In this document: positions 8,344 through 18,856 of the stretch, piece by piece | Layout of the letters: every line of letters starts with the position of its first letter | How positions within the stretch are numbered: the first letter of the stretch is position 1 | Notes under the pieces: model-generated | What the model was told of the DNA's origin: nothing | Databases searched by the model: none | Seen by the model: only the letters and a program-made list of their open reading frames with translations | Origin: Desulfotalea psychrophila LSv54 | Lineage (GTDB): Bacteria; Desulfobacterota; Desulfobulbia; Desulfobulbales; Desulfocapsaceae | DNA: 32,000 nucleotides | Direction of reading: 5' to 3' | NCBI RefSeq assembly: GCF_000025945.1 | Contig: NC_006138.1 | Location: 450,001-482,000, forward strand | Position numbers and translations under genes: made by a program

Positions 8344-9153
8344 CTATAGATCCTGCAAGCCGAGGACATCAAACATATCGTAGATGCCATTCTCGCGTCC
8401 CACCAACCAAGCCGCAGCCGTGGCCGCGCCTTTAGCAAAATGGTCCCGACTATGGGCACGATGAGAGATCTCCAACCGTTCACCGGCACCGGCAAAGTAG
8501 ATGGTATGCTCGCCGACAATATCCGCCGCCCGCAGGGTTTGGATACCTATCTCCTTGGGATCACGCTCGCCGATGATACCGTTACGCTCATAGACACCCA
8601 CCTCGGCCAGATTACGCCCCACACCCTCGGCCGCCATCTCGGCAAGCTTAAGGGCAGTTCCACTGGGTGCATCCTTCTTCTTATTGTGATGGGCCTCAAG
8701 AATCTCGATATCATAGTCATCGCCAAGGATAGCAGCCGTCTTCTTGGCCAGCTTAAAGAGGACGTTAACACAGACGGACATATTGGGTGCCTGAACACAG
8801 GGAAAGGAGGCAGAGAGGTCCTTGAGCTCAGCAAGCTCATCGACGGAAAGTCCGGTGGTACCAATAACCATGGCCTTACCGTGCTTAGCGGCAATACGAG
8901 CAAACTCCATGGTGGCCGTATGAAAGGTAAAGTCTATAATCACATCGCCATCGGCAATAACTGATTCAAGACCTTCCCCAACAATGACCCCATTTTCTTC
9001 ACCGAAGACAATCCGACCAATATCCTTACCAATGGCAGGATTTCCTGCCGCCTCAAAGGCTGCCGCGTATTCAAGCTCAGGATGGGCCTCTACCATATGG
9101 GCAACCCGCTGCCCCATGCGCCCGCTGGCGCCTGCTATAATAACTTTTGTCAT
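8344..9153 (-). CDS. dapB: 4-hydroxy-tetrahydrodipicolinate reductase
   Basis: Start MTKVIIAGASGRMGQRV; motifs EAHHNKKKDAPSGTALKLAE and HTIYFAGAGERLEISHRAHSRDHFAKGA. Start trimmed from track ORF 8344..9204. Confidence 0.95.
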   Translation of the reverse strand: MTKVIIAGASGRMGQRVAHMVEAHPELEYAAAFEAAGNPAIGKDIGRIVFGEENGVIVGEGLESVIADGDVIIDFTFHTATMEFARIAAKHGKAMVIGTTGLSVDELAELKDLSASFPCVQAPNMSVCVNVLFKLAKKTAAILGDDYDIEILEAHHNKKKDAPSGTALKLAEMAAEGVGRNLAEVGVYERNGIIGERDPKEIGIQTLRAADIVGEHTIYFAGAGERLEISHRAHSRDHFAKGAATAAAWLVGRENGIYDMFDVLGLQDL

Positions 9154-9236
9154 AACTCTCTCTGCAAAACTCTGTTTCGGCGGGAACCAGAAACTGATCC
9201 CCACCTGGGAAATATTCTTTTTTTTGGGGAGGGGGC

Positions 9237-10118
9237 TTAAATCAAGTTGAGACCCTTCATGGCAAGCTTAAGATTGGCAAGATTATCATCATCAATGGGG
9301 GTCATGGGAATACGAGGCAGTCCCTCTCGGATAACACCCATCAGCTCCAAAGCCTTCTTAGCAGGAGCAGGACTTGGAGCGGCGAACATCTGCTTCATCA
9401 TATCATACATCTGATAGTGAAGCTGACGGGCGCGATCCCAGTCGCCGGCAAAGGTGGCCTCCTGCATCTCCGCCATCCCCTTAGGGAAGACATTGGAGAT
9501 AACAGAAATAACGCCCTTGCCGCCAATAACATTGGTGGGCATAGAGGTGAAATCATCGCCTGAGAGAACAATGAAATCCTCCGGGCATTTACGAATCACA
9601 TCGGAGATCTGCTCAAGACAACCACAGGCCTCTTTTATACCGATGATATTATCAATCCCAGCAAGTCGGGCCGTGGTTTCCGGAGCAATATTAACCACCG
9701 TCCGTCCTGGCACATTATAGAGAAACATCGGGATATCAACAGCCTCGGCAATGGCCTTAAAATGCTGATAAATACCCTCCTGACTCGGTTTGTTATAGTA
9801 GGGGGCAACGGAGAGTATTGCATCCGCACCGCTCTCCTTGGCACTCTCGGAGAGATCTATCGCCTCAAGGGTATTATTAGCCCCTGCTCCGGCAATAACT
9901 GGAACCCGACCAGCCACCGTCTTAATGGCAAGGTCCATCACCTGCTTATGCTCATCAAAACTGAGGGTTGCCGATTCACCCGTGGTTCCACAGGGAACAA
10001 TACCGTGGGTGCCATTGGCTATCTGAAACTCTATCAGATCAACAAAACTCTGTTCATCCACCTCACCGTTGATAAACGGTGTAATAATTGCCACATAGGC
10101 ACCGTGAAACTTTTCCAT
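9237..10118 (-). CDS. dapA: 4-hydroxy-tetrahydrodipicolinate synthase
   Basis: GTTGESATLSFDEH, APYYNKPSQEGIYQHFKAIAE, YNVPGRT, GIKEACG. Start trimmed from track ORF 9237..10130. Confidence 0.95.
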   Translation of the reverse strand: MEKFHGAYVAIITPFINGEVDEQSFVDLIEFQIANGTHGIVPCGTTGESATLSFDEHKQVMDLAIKTVAGRVPVIAGAGANNTLEAIDLSESAKESGADAILSVAPYYNKPSQEGIYQHFKAIAEAVDIPMFLYNVPGRTVVNIAPETTARLAGIDNIIGIKEACGCLEQISDVIRKCPEDFIVLSGDDFTSMPTNVIGGKGVISVISNVFPKGMAEMQEATFAGDWDRARQLHYQMYDMMKQMFAAPSPAPAKKALELMGVIREGLPRIPMTPIDDDNLANLKLAMKGLNLI

Positions 10119-10185
10119 AACACCTCCCAAATCAAAACTTCTATAGAAGTTATTGCTTATATAAACCTTGAAAAACCAACTCTAA

Positions 10186-11079
10186 TTAACGCTTTCCAAG
10201 TTCCTTTACTATATCAGCGGGCAGAGCCTCTGCAGCCAGCTCTCCCTGATAGATAATTCGCGCAGGCCCGCTAAGAGATGGCGCCGCCTCCTGAGGAGGA
10301 CAGCCCGTCTTAAAGGCAATGCTTAAAATCTCTCCACCTGAACTTACAATATTTACCGGTGAAGCAAAGCCATATTTTTTACTGAAACAGAGAGCCGCAG
10401 CCACCGCCCCTGTACCGCAGGCCATGGTCTCATCCTCGACACCACGCTCATAGGTACGAACATAGAGGCTATTGCCCTCGCCCCGAGAGACAAAATTGAC
10501 ATTGGTGCCAGCGGGAGCAAAATGGTCATGATTGCGGACAATCCTGCCCCACTCCTGAACCGGGATATTGCCAATCCCCTGCCCCTCACTGACCTCATCG
10601 ACATAGACCACCGCATGGGGAACACCGGTATTAAGAAAATCGACCTGACAGGAGGTGCCGCCAAGCTCAAGGGAGAGACCTGAACGATAATCTTCAGGAG
10701 CAGTCATCTGCAGACAGACTGTATCATCGGCAAAAACCTCTGCCTCGATGATGCCGGCCAGAGTGGCAAAAGACATCTTCGCCCCGGCAATGCCACGGCT
10801 GAAGGCATAACGAGCCGCACAGCGAGCCCCATTACCACACATCTCAGCCAGGGAGCCATCGGCATTATAAAAATCCCAGGAAAAATCTGCTATGCTACTC
10901 TTCTCAATAAAGATAATACCATCGGCACCGACAGAAAACATCCGAGGGCAGATATGGGCTGCAAGTTTTGCCCGAATGGCAGGGGGGACAGCCCCCTCTC
11001 TATTATCAATAAAGATAAAATCATTACCGGCGCCACTCATCTTGGTAAAAGAGAGTGCACCCTTTTCCATATGATCCAT
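10186..11079 (-). CDS. dapF: Diaminopimelate epimerase
   Basis: FTKMSGAGNDFIFIDNR, NADGSLAEMCGNGARCAARYA, YERGVEDETMACGTGAVA. Confidence 0.95.
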   Translation of the reverse strand: MDHMEKGALSFTKMSGAGNDFIFIDNREGAVPPAIRAKLAAHICPRMFSVGADGIIFIEKSSIADFSWDFYNADGSLAEMCGNGARCAARYAFSRGIAGAKMSFATLAGIIEAEVFADDTVCLQMTAPEDYRSGLSLELGGTSCQVDFLNTGVPHAVVYVDEVSEGQGIGNIPVQEWGRIVRNHDHFAPAGTNVNFVSRGEGNSLYVRTYERGVEDETMACGTGAVAAALCFSKKYGFASPVNIVSSGGEILSIAFKTGCPPQEAAPSLSGPARIIYQGELAAEALPADIVKELGKR

Positions 11080-11106
11080 AAAAACTCCTCCAGTTCATAA
11101 TAAAAA

Positions 11107-11132
11107 AGACCCTTCTGGATTATCAGAAGGGT
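11107..11132. terminator. Bidirectional-looking intrinsic terminator between the lipoprotein gene and dapF
   Basis: AAAAAA-GACCCTTCTG-GATTAT-CAGAAGGGTC-TTT hairpin. Confidence 0.7.
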
Positions 11133-11157
11133 CTTTCAAAATCAGCTGCTCACCTAT

Positions 11158-12219
11158 TTATTGGTAACGAGGAAAGGCTTCCTGAGAGGCAGGACTCTCG
11201 TTGGCGGGTTGGGCAGTATCAATTGCCCTCACCACATAAAAATAACGACCCTTATCCGGAACGGGATCCGTATAGACAATAACATCAGCTGCCACCTCCT
11301 TAACCAGACTAAAGTCCTTCTGATCTTCCCCTCGTCGATAGAGGCGATAGCCGGCAAGATCGTCCACCTTCACCCCCTGCCAAACAAGTTTAATACCAGC
11401 CCCGACCCGAATAGCAAGAAGACCGCGCGGGGTTGGAGGCGCAGTTCGATCAACGGACTCAACCTGAGCCACCTTGCTATAGGACCCTTGAGCAAACTCA
11501 CCCTGATAGTCCATAAGGCTCTGCACCCGATAGCTGTACTTCTTGCCCCGGGCAACACGACGATCAAGATATCCTGTGCTCTCAAGAAGATCACCAATAT
11601 TTTGAAAGCTAGCACCACCAGAAGACCTCTGAACCTGATAGAGCAGAGGGTACTGAGAAGAGCTGCCGTCAATCAGCCTTTCTACCGGCTGCCAACTCAA
11701 CTCGATCTGGCCATCGCCTGCCAGAACCTTGAAGTTTGCAGGAGCTGCAGCAGGGGTAAACCAGATAAAGGAGACTATATTAGAGTCAGAACTTGCTGCC
11801 CACCAACTAGTACGGGAGCGAATGGCAAAGAAGTACTTATTGCCAGAAACAAGTGACGAGACGGCAAGTTCCCCCCTCTGGGGAGTCTCTCCATCAAAGA
11901 CCTCACCACCGGGCAGAGACGTTGGCGGATCAAAAGGAATGGGACAATTTTCACAGACTTCTTCCAGGGGCATCTGGCCCCGATAGAAGTCAAAGCTATC
12001 AATGGACTGTAACTTCGTCCCGGCAACGCTCTCAAGAGGATAGGACCAGGTAAGATGCGCACCTTCAGCATCAATAGTATAGCGCAGATCCCGGATTGCC
12101 GTAGGCACCACTGTCTGCGGAGCCACGGGCGGATTTTTAAAACCACAACCGCCACTGACAAGTAAGAGTGCTCCCACAAGAACTGAACATCCCAACTGCA
12201 GTCTCTGCGCCATCTTCAT
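11158..12219 (-). CDS. Lipoprotein with fibronectin type III-like repeats
   Basis: Start MKMAQRLQLGCSVLVGALLLVSGGCG (lipobox-like). Repeated fn3-like segments: GDGQIELSWQPV...YQVQRSSGG...YRVQSL and VGAGIKLVWQGV...GYRLYRRGEDQ...YFYVVRAID. Confidence 0.75.
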   Translation of the reverse strand: MKMAQRLQLGCSVLVGALLLVSGGCGFKNPPVAPQTVVPTAIRDLRYTIDAEGAHLTWSYPLESVAGTKLQSIDSFDFYRGQMPLEEVCENCPIPFDPPTSLPGGEVFDGETPQRGELAVSSLVSGNKYFFAIRSRTSWWAASSDSNIVSFIWFTPAAAPANFKVLAGDGQIELSWQPVERLIDGSSSQYPLLYQVQRSSGGASFQNIGDLLESTGYLDRRVARGKKYSYRVQSLMDYQGEFAQGSYSKVAQVESVDRTAPPTPRGLLAIRVGAGIKLVWQGVKVDDLAGYRLYRRGEDQKDFSLVKEVAADVIVYTDPVPDKGRYFYVVRAIDTAQPANESPASQEAFPRYQ

Positions 12220-13613
12220 TAGGCTATCCCCACACATTTTTCAGCAAGGGTGAGCGCTTCTGTCACCCGGACAAGGCCTGTTCCACCGGTGGAGACACGA
12301 CTATTGACAGAACCCTCTGCGGTAAGCACGGCGAAAACGTCGCTTTCAATAACCGGAGAGAACTCCTGCATTTCCGTAAGGGTAAGATCGGGAAGCTCGC
12401 AACCCTTGGCAATACAGGCGGCAACTGCGCTACCGACGATATGATGGGCCTGACGAAATGGCACATCCTTCATTACCAGATAGTCGGCAAGATCCGTTGC
12501 CGTGATAAAACCGGTCTCGGTGGCTTCAGCGCAACGAGCGGTATTAAACTTCATATGCGCCATCATCTCGGCGGTGATAGAAAGGGAGGCAGATACGGTA
12601 TCAATAGCATCAAATACCGGTTCCTTATCTTCCTGCTGATCACGATTATAGGTGAGCGGCAATCCCTTCATCATGGTGATAAGGCTGATCAGGCTACCCA
12701 CAACCCGGCCAGACTTACCGCGGATAAGCTCGGCAATATCAGGGTTTTTCTTCTGGGGCATAATGGAAGATCCGGTACAGAAACTATCGGAAATATCCAC
12801 AAACTTATACTCAGAGGTAGACCAGGTCACCAACTCTTCGGCAAGACGGGAGAGGTGGAGCTGAATCATAGTAAGGCAGGAGGTCAGCTCAATTGCATAA
12901 TCGCGATCCGCAGAGGTATCCATGGAGTTTGCGGTAACACCGGCAAAGCCCAGAGCCTTAGCCACCTGCTCACGATTAATGGGCAGACCGGTTCCCGCCA
13001 TGGCAGCACAGCCAAGGGGAGAGAGATTGAGACGTTTACGGCAGTCGAGGATACGATCACGATCACGTCTGAACATCTCGTAATAGGCCAGCATATGGTG
13101 GGTGATGAGTACCGGCTGAGCACGCTGAGTATGGGTATAACCAGGCATAATATCGCCAAGATACTTACGACCAACCACAGTAAAGGCACGACAGGCACCA
13201 TCGAGAAGCTCTACCAGATGGTCACATTGATCACGAAGATACATCTTGAAGTCGAGGGCGATCTGATCATTACGGCTACGAGCTGCATGCAAACGAGAGC
13301 CAGCAGCGCCAATGCGATCCACCAGAGCCTGCTCAATGTTCATATGAACATCTTCATACTCGGTCTTAAATTCGAAGACTCCTGCCTCAATATCTGCCTC
13401 AATACTGGAAAGTCCTGCAATGATCTGCTCAAGTTCTTCCGGGGAAATAATTCCCTGACTGCTGAGCATAGTCGCATGGGCCTTAGAGCCGGCAATATCA
13501 TACTTGTACAAACGGACATCATAGCTGATGGACTCGCTGAATTTTTCCACCGAGGCTGCCATTGCTTCGCTAAAACGTCCACCCCACAACTTCTTTGATT
13601 TTTGCTCTGTCAT
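12219..13613 (-). CDS. argH: Argininosuccinate lyase
   Basis: KLWGGRFSEAMAASVEKFSESISYD, ARSRNDQIALDFKMYLRD, SDSFCTGSSIMPQKKNPDIAELIRGKSGRV. Confidence 0.97.
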   Translation of the reverse strand: MTEQKSKKLWGGRFSEAMAASVEKFSESISYDVRLYKYDIAGSKAHATMLSSQGIISPEELEQIIAGLSSIEADIEAGVFEFKTEYEDVHMNIEQALVDRIGAAGSRLHAARSRNDQIALDFKMYLRDQCDHLVELLDGACRAFTVVGRKYLGDIMPGYTHTQRAQPVLITHHMLAYYEMFRRDRDRILDCRKRLNLSPLGCAAMAGTGLPINREQVAKALGFAGVTANSMDTSADRDYAIELTSCLTMIQLHLSRLAEELVTWSTSEYKFVDISDSFCTGSSIMPQKKNPDIAELIRGKSGRVVGSLISLITMMKGLPLTYNRDQQEDKEPVFDAIDTVSASLSITAEMMAHMKFNTARCAEATETGFITATDLADYLVMKDVPFRQAHHIVGSAVAACIAKGCELPDLTLTEMQEFSPVIESDVFAVLTAEGSVNSRVSTGGTGLVRVTEALTLAEKCVGIA

Positions 13614-13672
13614 CTCTGTATCTCTTCTCTATTTAGATATCCCGCACCACCAGGATGCGGGACGGGAGTTTA

Positions 13673-14869
13673 TTACTTGCCCTGCAGTGCGTTGATCTTC
13701 AAACGAAGGCCATTGAGACGGATAAAACCGGTGGCATCGCCCTGGTCATATACATCATCTGCTTCAAAGGTGGCAAAATCTTCTTTGTAAAGACTCTGAT
13801 CAGACTTACGGCCAACAGAAAAACAGTTGCCCTTATAAAGCTTCATACGTACCACACCGCTTACGGTCTTCTGGGCAGTATCCATGGTCATCTGGAGAAG
13901 CTCGCGCTCAGGTGAGAACCAGAAACCATTGTAGATAAGCTCAGCATAACGAGGCACCAAAGAGTCACGAATCTTCATCACCTCACGATCGAGACAGATG
14001 GTCTCAAGATCACGGTGAGCATGATAGAGCAGGGTTCCACCAGGAGTCTCATAGACACCACGACTCTTCATACCAACGAAACGGTTCTCGACAAGATCAA
14101 GACGACCAACAGCATTTTCACCGGCAACCTTATTAAGCGCTCTGAAAAGCTCAAGTGGTTCCATGGCAACGCCATCAAGGGCTATAGGATCACCGTTTTG
14201 AAAGGTGATTTCCAGATAGGTAGGCTTGTCCGGGGCCATCTCAGGAGAGACGGTGAGTTTGAACATATCCGGATCAGGCTCATTCCATGGGCTCTCAAGG
14301 ATGCCGCCCTCAAAGCTGATGTGAAGCAGGTTCTCATCGGAGCTATAGGGGTTTTTCTTGGTGGTTGGCACAGGAATATTATGCTGCTTAGCATACTCTT
14401 CAAGTCTGGTACGGGAGTTGAGATCCCAGGTACGCCATGGAGCAATGATCTGCAGACTAGGATCAAGACCGATATAACCGAGCTCAAAACGAACCTGATC
14501 GTTACCCTTACCGGTGGCGCCATGACTTACGGCGTTGGCACCCTCTGCATGGGCAATACGTACCTGCTCTTTAGAGATAAGTGGACGGGCAAGAGAGGTA
14601 CCAAGAAGATAGGTGCCCTCGTAAATTGCAGATGCACGAAAGGCGGGGAAGATATAATCTTCAACAAATTCCTTCTGCAGGTCGGAAACGATTACCTTAT
14701 CGGCACCGGTGGCCATACCCTTTTCCTTAACTGCATCCCAATCCTCTATCTGGCCAATATTAGCAGAATAGGCAACAACAGGACATTCATACTCATTGGC
14801 CAACCACTTTAAAATAACAGATGTATCTAAACCGCCTGAATAGGCGAGTACAATTTTATCAACGCTCAT
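13673..14869 (-). CDS. argG: Argininosuccinate synthase
   Basis: KIVLAYSGGLDTSVILKWL, YLLGTSLARPLI, SHGATGKGNDQVRFELGY, SSDENLLHISFEGGILE. Confidence 0.97.
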   Translation of the reverse strand: MSVDKIVLAYSGGLDTSVILKWLANEYECPVVAYSANIGQIEDWDAVKEKGMATGADKVIVSDLQKEFVEDYIFPAFRASAIYEGTYLLGTSLARPLISKEQVRIAHAEGANAVSHGATGKGNDQVRFELGYIGLDPSLQIIAPWRTWDLNSRTRLEEYAKQHNIPVPTTKKNPYSSDENLLHISFEGGILESPWNEPDPDMFKLTVSPEMAPDKPTYLEITFQNGDPIALDGVAMEPLELFRALNKVAGENAVGRLDLVENRFVGMKSRGVYETPGGTLLYHAHRDLETICLDREVMKIRDSLVPRYAELIYNGFWFSPERELLQMTMDTAQKTVSGVVRMKLYKGNCFSVGRKSDQSLYKEDFATFEADDVYDQGDATGFIRLNGLRLKINALQGK

Positions 14870-14909
14870 AGCATCCTCTAAAAAATATTTTACCTAACAA
14901 ATTCAACTA

Positions 14910-15821
14910 CTACCCAAGAAATCGCTCAAGAATTGCCTTGTGCATGTGCATTTTATTCTCTGCCTCATCAAAGGCGACACACTGAGGTCCCTCAAGTACA
15001 TCTTCTGTAATCTCCTCACCACGATGGGCAGGAAGACAGTGGAGGACGATGGCATCATCGGCTGCCTTTGCCATCATTTCTGCATTTACCTGATAGCTTG
15101 CAAAAATTTTCAGGCGCTCATCCTGCTCACTTTCTTGCCCCATTGAGGCAAAAACGTCAACATTTATAACATCAGCGCCAAGCACAGCCGTTTGAGGATC
15201 ACGCAGAAGGGTAATAGGCTTTGCTCCCTCGGCCTGGGCTGCGGCAAGAATCTCAGCATCAGGATCATACCCTTCAGGGCAGGCAAGAATCAACTCAAAA
15301 CCAAGTTTTGCCGCTGCCTGAATCCAGGAGTTGGCCATATTATTACCATCACCCACCCAGACAATCTTTAGATCCTGAATAGCACCTTTCTTCTCAATTA
15401 CCGTCATGATATCGCTGAGAATCTGACAGGGATGATGAAGATCGGTAAGGGCATTGATCACCGGCACGGTAGCATACTGGGCAAGCTCATTTACCACTTC
15501 CTGACCAAAGGTACGGACAACTATACCATCAACATAACGGGACATGACCCGAGCCATATCCTTCAGAGGCTCCGATCTTGACAACTGGGTGTCACGACCA
15601 GAGAGAAAAAGAACCTGACCGCCAAGACCGTACATAGCCGATTCAAAGGAGACACGGGTTCTGGTGGATGGTTTTTCAAAGATCAGAGCAACGCTCTTAC
15701 CTGCAAGCTGCTGATGGCGAATACCCCGGGATCGCTCCTCTTTAAGCTCAATGGCTCTGGCTATAAGGCTGGCAATCTCTTCCCCGGTAAAATCTCCCAA
15801 TGACGACAAATGATCTGGCAT
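14910..15821 (-). CDS. argF: Ornithine carbamoyltransferase
   Basis: FEKPSTRTRVSFESAMYGLGG, VNALTDLHHPCQILSDI, IVLHCLPAHRGEEITEDVLEG. Confidence 0.96.
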   Translation of the reverse strand: MPDHLSSLGDFTGEEIASLIARAIELKEERSRGIRHQQLAGKSVALIFEKPSTRTRVSFESAMYGLGGQVLFLSGRDTQLSRSEPLKDMARVMSRYVDGIVVRTFGQEVVNELAQYATVPVINALTDLHHPCQILSDIMTVIEKKGAIQDLKIVWVGDGNNMANSWIQAAAKLGFELILACPEGYDPDAEILAAAQAEGAKPITLLRDPQTAVLGADVINVDVFASMGQESEQDERLKIFASYQVNAEMMAKAADDAIVLHCLPAHRGEEITEDVLEGPQCVAFDEAENKMHMHKAILERFLG

Positions 15822-15966
15822 AATTTTCGCTCCTATCCCTAACGATATACCCCTCTGAACTGCAAGGAGTCACAATATAAATTCAACATAAAAAGCCAAG
15901 CAAACATCATTACATAAAAATAATATCCTTTGCAAAAGCTTTTCACCTTGATGTAAAGAAAAACGT

Positions 15967-17160
15967 CTACAGCACTGACAAAACTTCCCTGAGAGCGGCT
16001 GCCAGAGAGTCACACTGCTCCCGGCTTACCACCAAAGGCGGGGCAAAGCGCAGGGCAACGCCACCGGCAAAGTTGATCAGAAAGCCCTTTTCAAGCATTT
16101 CCATAACAATCTTTGAACCACTCTTCTTCCCCTCCTCGGTCATCACCAGACCCCGAAGTAGCCCCAAGCCACGCTCCTCAGTGAAAATGGCAGGAAATTC
16201 TTTAACAAGTTTGCCGAGGCTCTGGGCCAGATGCTCAGCCACGGACTTCACCTCAGCCAAGAAGCCATCCTCAAGAATCACCTCCAGATTGGTGCTTGCC
16301 GCAGCACAGACAACAGGGTTTCCGCCAAAGGTAGAACCATGGCTTCCCGGCACCAAACTTGCGGCAACGGCATCACGGGTAATAATGGCACCGATGGGCA
16401 TACCCGAGGCCAGGCCCTTGGCCAGAGTCATGATATCTGGTTCCACCCCGAATACCTGATGGGCAAAGAGACTGCCTGAACGGCCAACACCGGTCTGAAC
16501 CTCATCAAATATCAGTAAGACACCGTGACGATCACAGATATCCCGAATGCCCTGCAGATATTCCCTGCCAAGGGGGCGTACTCCGCCCTCTCCCTGCAGG
16601 GGTTCGCAGAGAACAGCACAGACCGTATCATCAATCATTGCCTCAAGGGCATCAAGATCGGCAAAGGGGGCTGCGGCAAAACCGGTGGGAATAGGCTCAA
16701 AACCTGCGCAGAATCTGGCCTGCCCCGTTGCCGCCAGGGTTACCATGGTCCGGCCATGAAATGCCCCCGTCAAAGAGATAATCTTATTCTTGCCGGCAGG
16801 GGCATGAATACGGGCAAGCTTAATCGCCGCCTCATTGGCCTCGGCGCCGGAATTACAAAAGAAGACCTTGTCGCCAAAGCTATTTTCCACCAACAGTTCA
16901 GCAAGGCGAGTCTGGGCCTCGGTATAATAAAGATTTGAAACATGGATAAGGCGCTCGGACTGCTCGCGGATAGCATTTACTATCCGGGGATGACAGTGTC
17001 CCAGACTACAGACAGCAATGCCTGCCAGAAAATCCACATATTTCTTACCGTTCGCGTCGGTGAGCACACAGCCTGTTCCCTCTGTAAAGGCTACAGGATA
17101 TCTACCGTAGTTACCAACGAGTACCTTATCCGCCCTCTCTTTTACCGATTCATTCGTCAT
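15967..17160 (-). CDS. argD: Acetylornithine aminotransferase family PLP enzyme
   Basis: GKKYVDFLAGIAVCSLGHCHPRI, FCNSGAEANEAAIKLAR, LLIFDEVQTGVGRSGSLFAHQ, GSTFGGNPV. Confidence 0.94.
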   Translation of the reverse strand: MTNESVKERADKVLVGNYGRYPVAFTEGTGCVLTDANGKKYVDFLAGIAVCSLGHCHPRIVNAIREQSERLIHVSNLYYTEAQTRLAELLVENSFGDKVFFCNSGAEANEAAIKLARIHAPAGKNKIISLTGAFHGRTMVTLAATGQARFCAGFEPIPTGFAAAPFADLDALEAMIDDTVCAVLCEPLQGEGGVRPLGREYLQGIRDICDRHGVLLIFDEVQTGVGRSGSLFAHQVFGVEPDIMTLAKGLASGMPIGAIITRDAVAASLVPGSHGSTFGGNPVVCAAASTNLEVILEDGFLAEVKSVAEHLAQSLGKLVKEFPAIFTEERGLGLLRGLVMTEEGKKSGSKIVMEMLEKGFLINFAGGVALRFAPPLVVSREQCDSLAAALREVLSVL

Positions 17161-17208
17161 CGTCCATCACTCCAACAGCGCCGATCATTTGACCAACAGC
17201 GTCATCTG

Positions 17209-18099
17209 TTAATAAATTTCTGTTCCCACCCCGTCCCGGGTGAAAATTTCGAGCAAAATAGCATGCTCAACCCGACCATCTACGATATATGTTTTTGCTA
17301 CACCGCCCTTGACCGCATCTTCACAGCAACGCACCTTAGGAATCATGCCACCCATAATGGTGCCATCCTCTATCAGCCCGTTCAGCTCCTGCCATTCAAG
17401 GGTAGTTAACAGATCACCGGCCTTATTCTTAACCCCCGGCACATCTGTTAAAAGAATCAACTTCTCAGCAGAGAGCTCTGCGGCAATAGCACTGGCCACC
17501 AGATCTGCATTAATATTAAAGGCCCGACCATCCTCACCGACACCCACGGGAGCAATAATCGGAATAAAATCATCCTGACTGAGGGTTTCCAAAACATGGG
17601 AGTTAATCTTTGTTACCTGACCAACACGGCCGACGTCTATCAGCTCAGGGGGATTATCACCTACCTGGGCCTGATTCATCTGCAATTGTTCGGCACAGAC
17701 AAGGTCACCATCCCGGCCCGACAGGCCAACTGCCTTACCGCCACAGTGATTAATCAGACCAACAATTTCCTTATTGACCTTACCCACCAGCACCATCTCC
17801 ACCACATCCATGGTCTCACCATCGGTGACACGCATACCCTGAACATAGCTCGGCTTAATATCCAATCGGTCAAGGAGGTTATTTATCTGCGGGCCACCAC
17901 CGTGAACAATGATAGGGTTGATGCCAATCTGCTTGAGCAAAATCACATCAAGGGCAAACTGCTTCTTCAACGCCTCATCAACCATTGCATGCCCACCGTA
18001 CTTAATAACGATGGTCTTATGCCGAAATTCCTGCATATAGGGCAGTGACTCTATTAGGACCTTTGCCCTTTCTATGCTCTTTTCCACAGTATCGTTCAT
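17209..18099 (-). CDS. argB: Acetylglutamate kinase
   Basis: [87 protein letters not shown]. Confidence 0.96.
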   Translation of the reverse strand: MNDTVEKSIERAKVLIESLPYMQEFRHKTIVIKYGGHAMVDEALKKQFALDVILLKQIGINPIIVHGGGPQINNLLDRLDIKPSYVQGMRVTDGETMDVVEMVLVGKVNKEIVGLINHCGGKAVGLSGRDGDLVCAEQLQMNQAQVGDNPPELIDVGRVGQVTKINSHVLETLSQDDFIPIIAPVGVGEDGRAFNINADLVASAIAAELSAEKLILLTDVPGVKNKAGDLLTTLEWQELNGLIEDGTIMGGMIPKVRCCEDAVKGGVAKTYIVDGRVEHAILLEIFTRDGVGTEIY

Positions 18100-18333
18100 T
18101 TTTTACACTCACAACCAATTGTTATTTAGCCTGGAAGACGCACTGGGTTCTTTTATTCTCCTACAAAGAGAAAAACCCGAACTATTTGCACACTATACTA
18201 ATAGTTATAAGCCTGTTCGTAAAGGTGCTTTACAAGAAACTGCGCATTAGAACTATTTACTTTCACCAACCTATACATTACAATAGGCTCGGAAATTGCT
18301 TAAACGTAAAAATCCAGCCTTGGAGAAGAGCAG

Positions 18334-18834
18334 ATGAAAGCCAGGAAATTACTATCCATATTGTTTTGCTACACCTTATTACAGACCCTTATCGCCTCGA
18401 CAGCCTTTGCCAAAGATGCACCGATATACATAGAGGCAAACCATATGACCTCAACGGAAAATACAAATACCGTGTTTTTTGAAGGAGATGTCGATGCCAA
18501 ACAGGATGATGTCCGCATTCGTTCTAACAAGATGACTGTCTTCTACAGCAAGGCCAGTAAGGGAGAAAAAAGCCAACAGGTGAAAAAAATTATCTGTACC
18601 GGCAATACGGAGGTCACCCGGGGAGAGTGGCTCGGTACCGGCCAGAGAATGGTCTATACAACAAAGGACAAAAAGATAGTCCTCACCGGCAACGCCAAAG
18701 CCTGGCAGAATCAAAACATGGTCAGCGGAGAGACAATCACCTATTTTCTCGACCAGAAACGCTCTGAAGTTGTCGGCACACCTCAAAAAAACAAAAAACC
18801 GTCTCGGGTCAACATGACCATTATCCAGAACTAG
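18334..18834 (+). CDS. lptA: Lipopolysaccharide transport periplasmic protein LptA (OstA-like)
   Basis: Signal peptide, then PIYIEANHMTSTENTNTVFFEGDVDAKQDDVRIRSNKMTVFY...; immediately upstream of lptB. Confidence 0.88.
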   Translation: MKARKLLSILFCYTLLQTLIASTAFAKDAPIYIEANHMTSTENTNTVFFEGDVDAKQDDVRIRSNKMTVFYSKASKGEKSQQVKKIICTGNTEVTRGEWLGTGQRMVYTTKDKKIVLTGNAKAWQNQNMVSGETITYFLDQKRSEVVGTPQKNKKPSRVNMTIIQN

Positions 18835-18856
18835 AACGAGCCCAGGGGTTTATATT

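Noticed and set aside
12168-13598. 476-aa plus-strand ORF
   Set aside because: It lies antisense to the clearly recognisable argH gene and has no family-like motifs. It is a codon-bias shadow ORF despite its length.
14015-14812. 265-aa plus-strand ORF
   Set aside because: Antisense shadow of argG; the minus strand encodes an intact argininosuccinate synthase.
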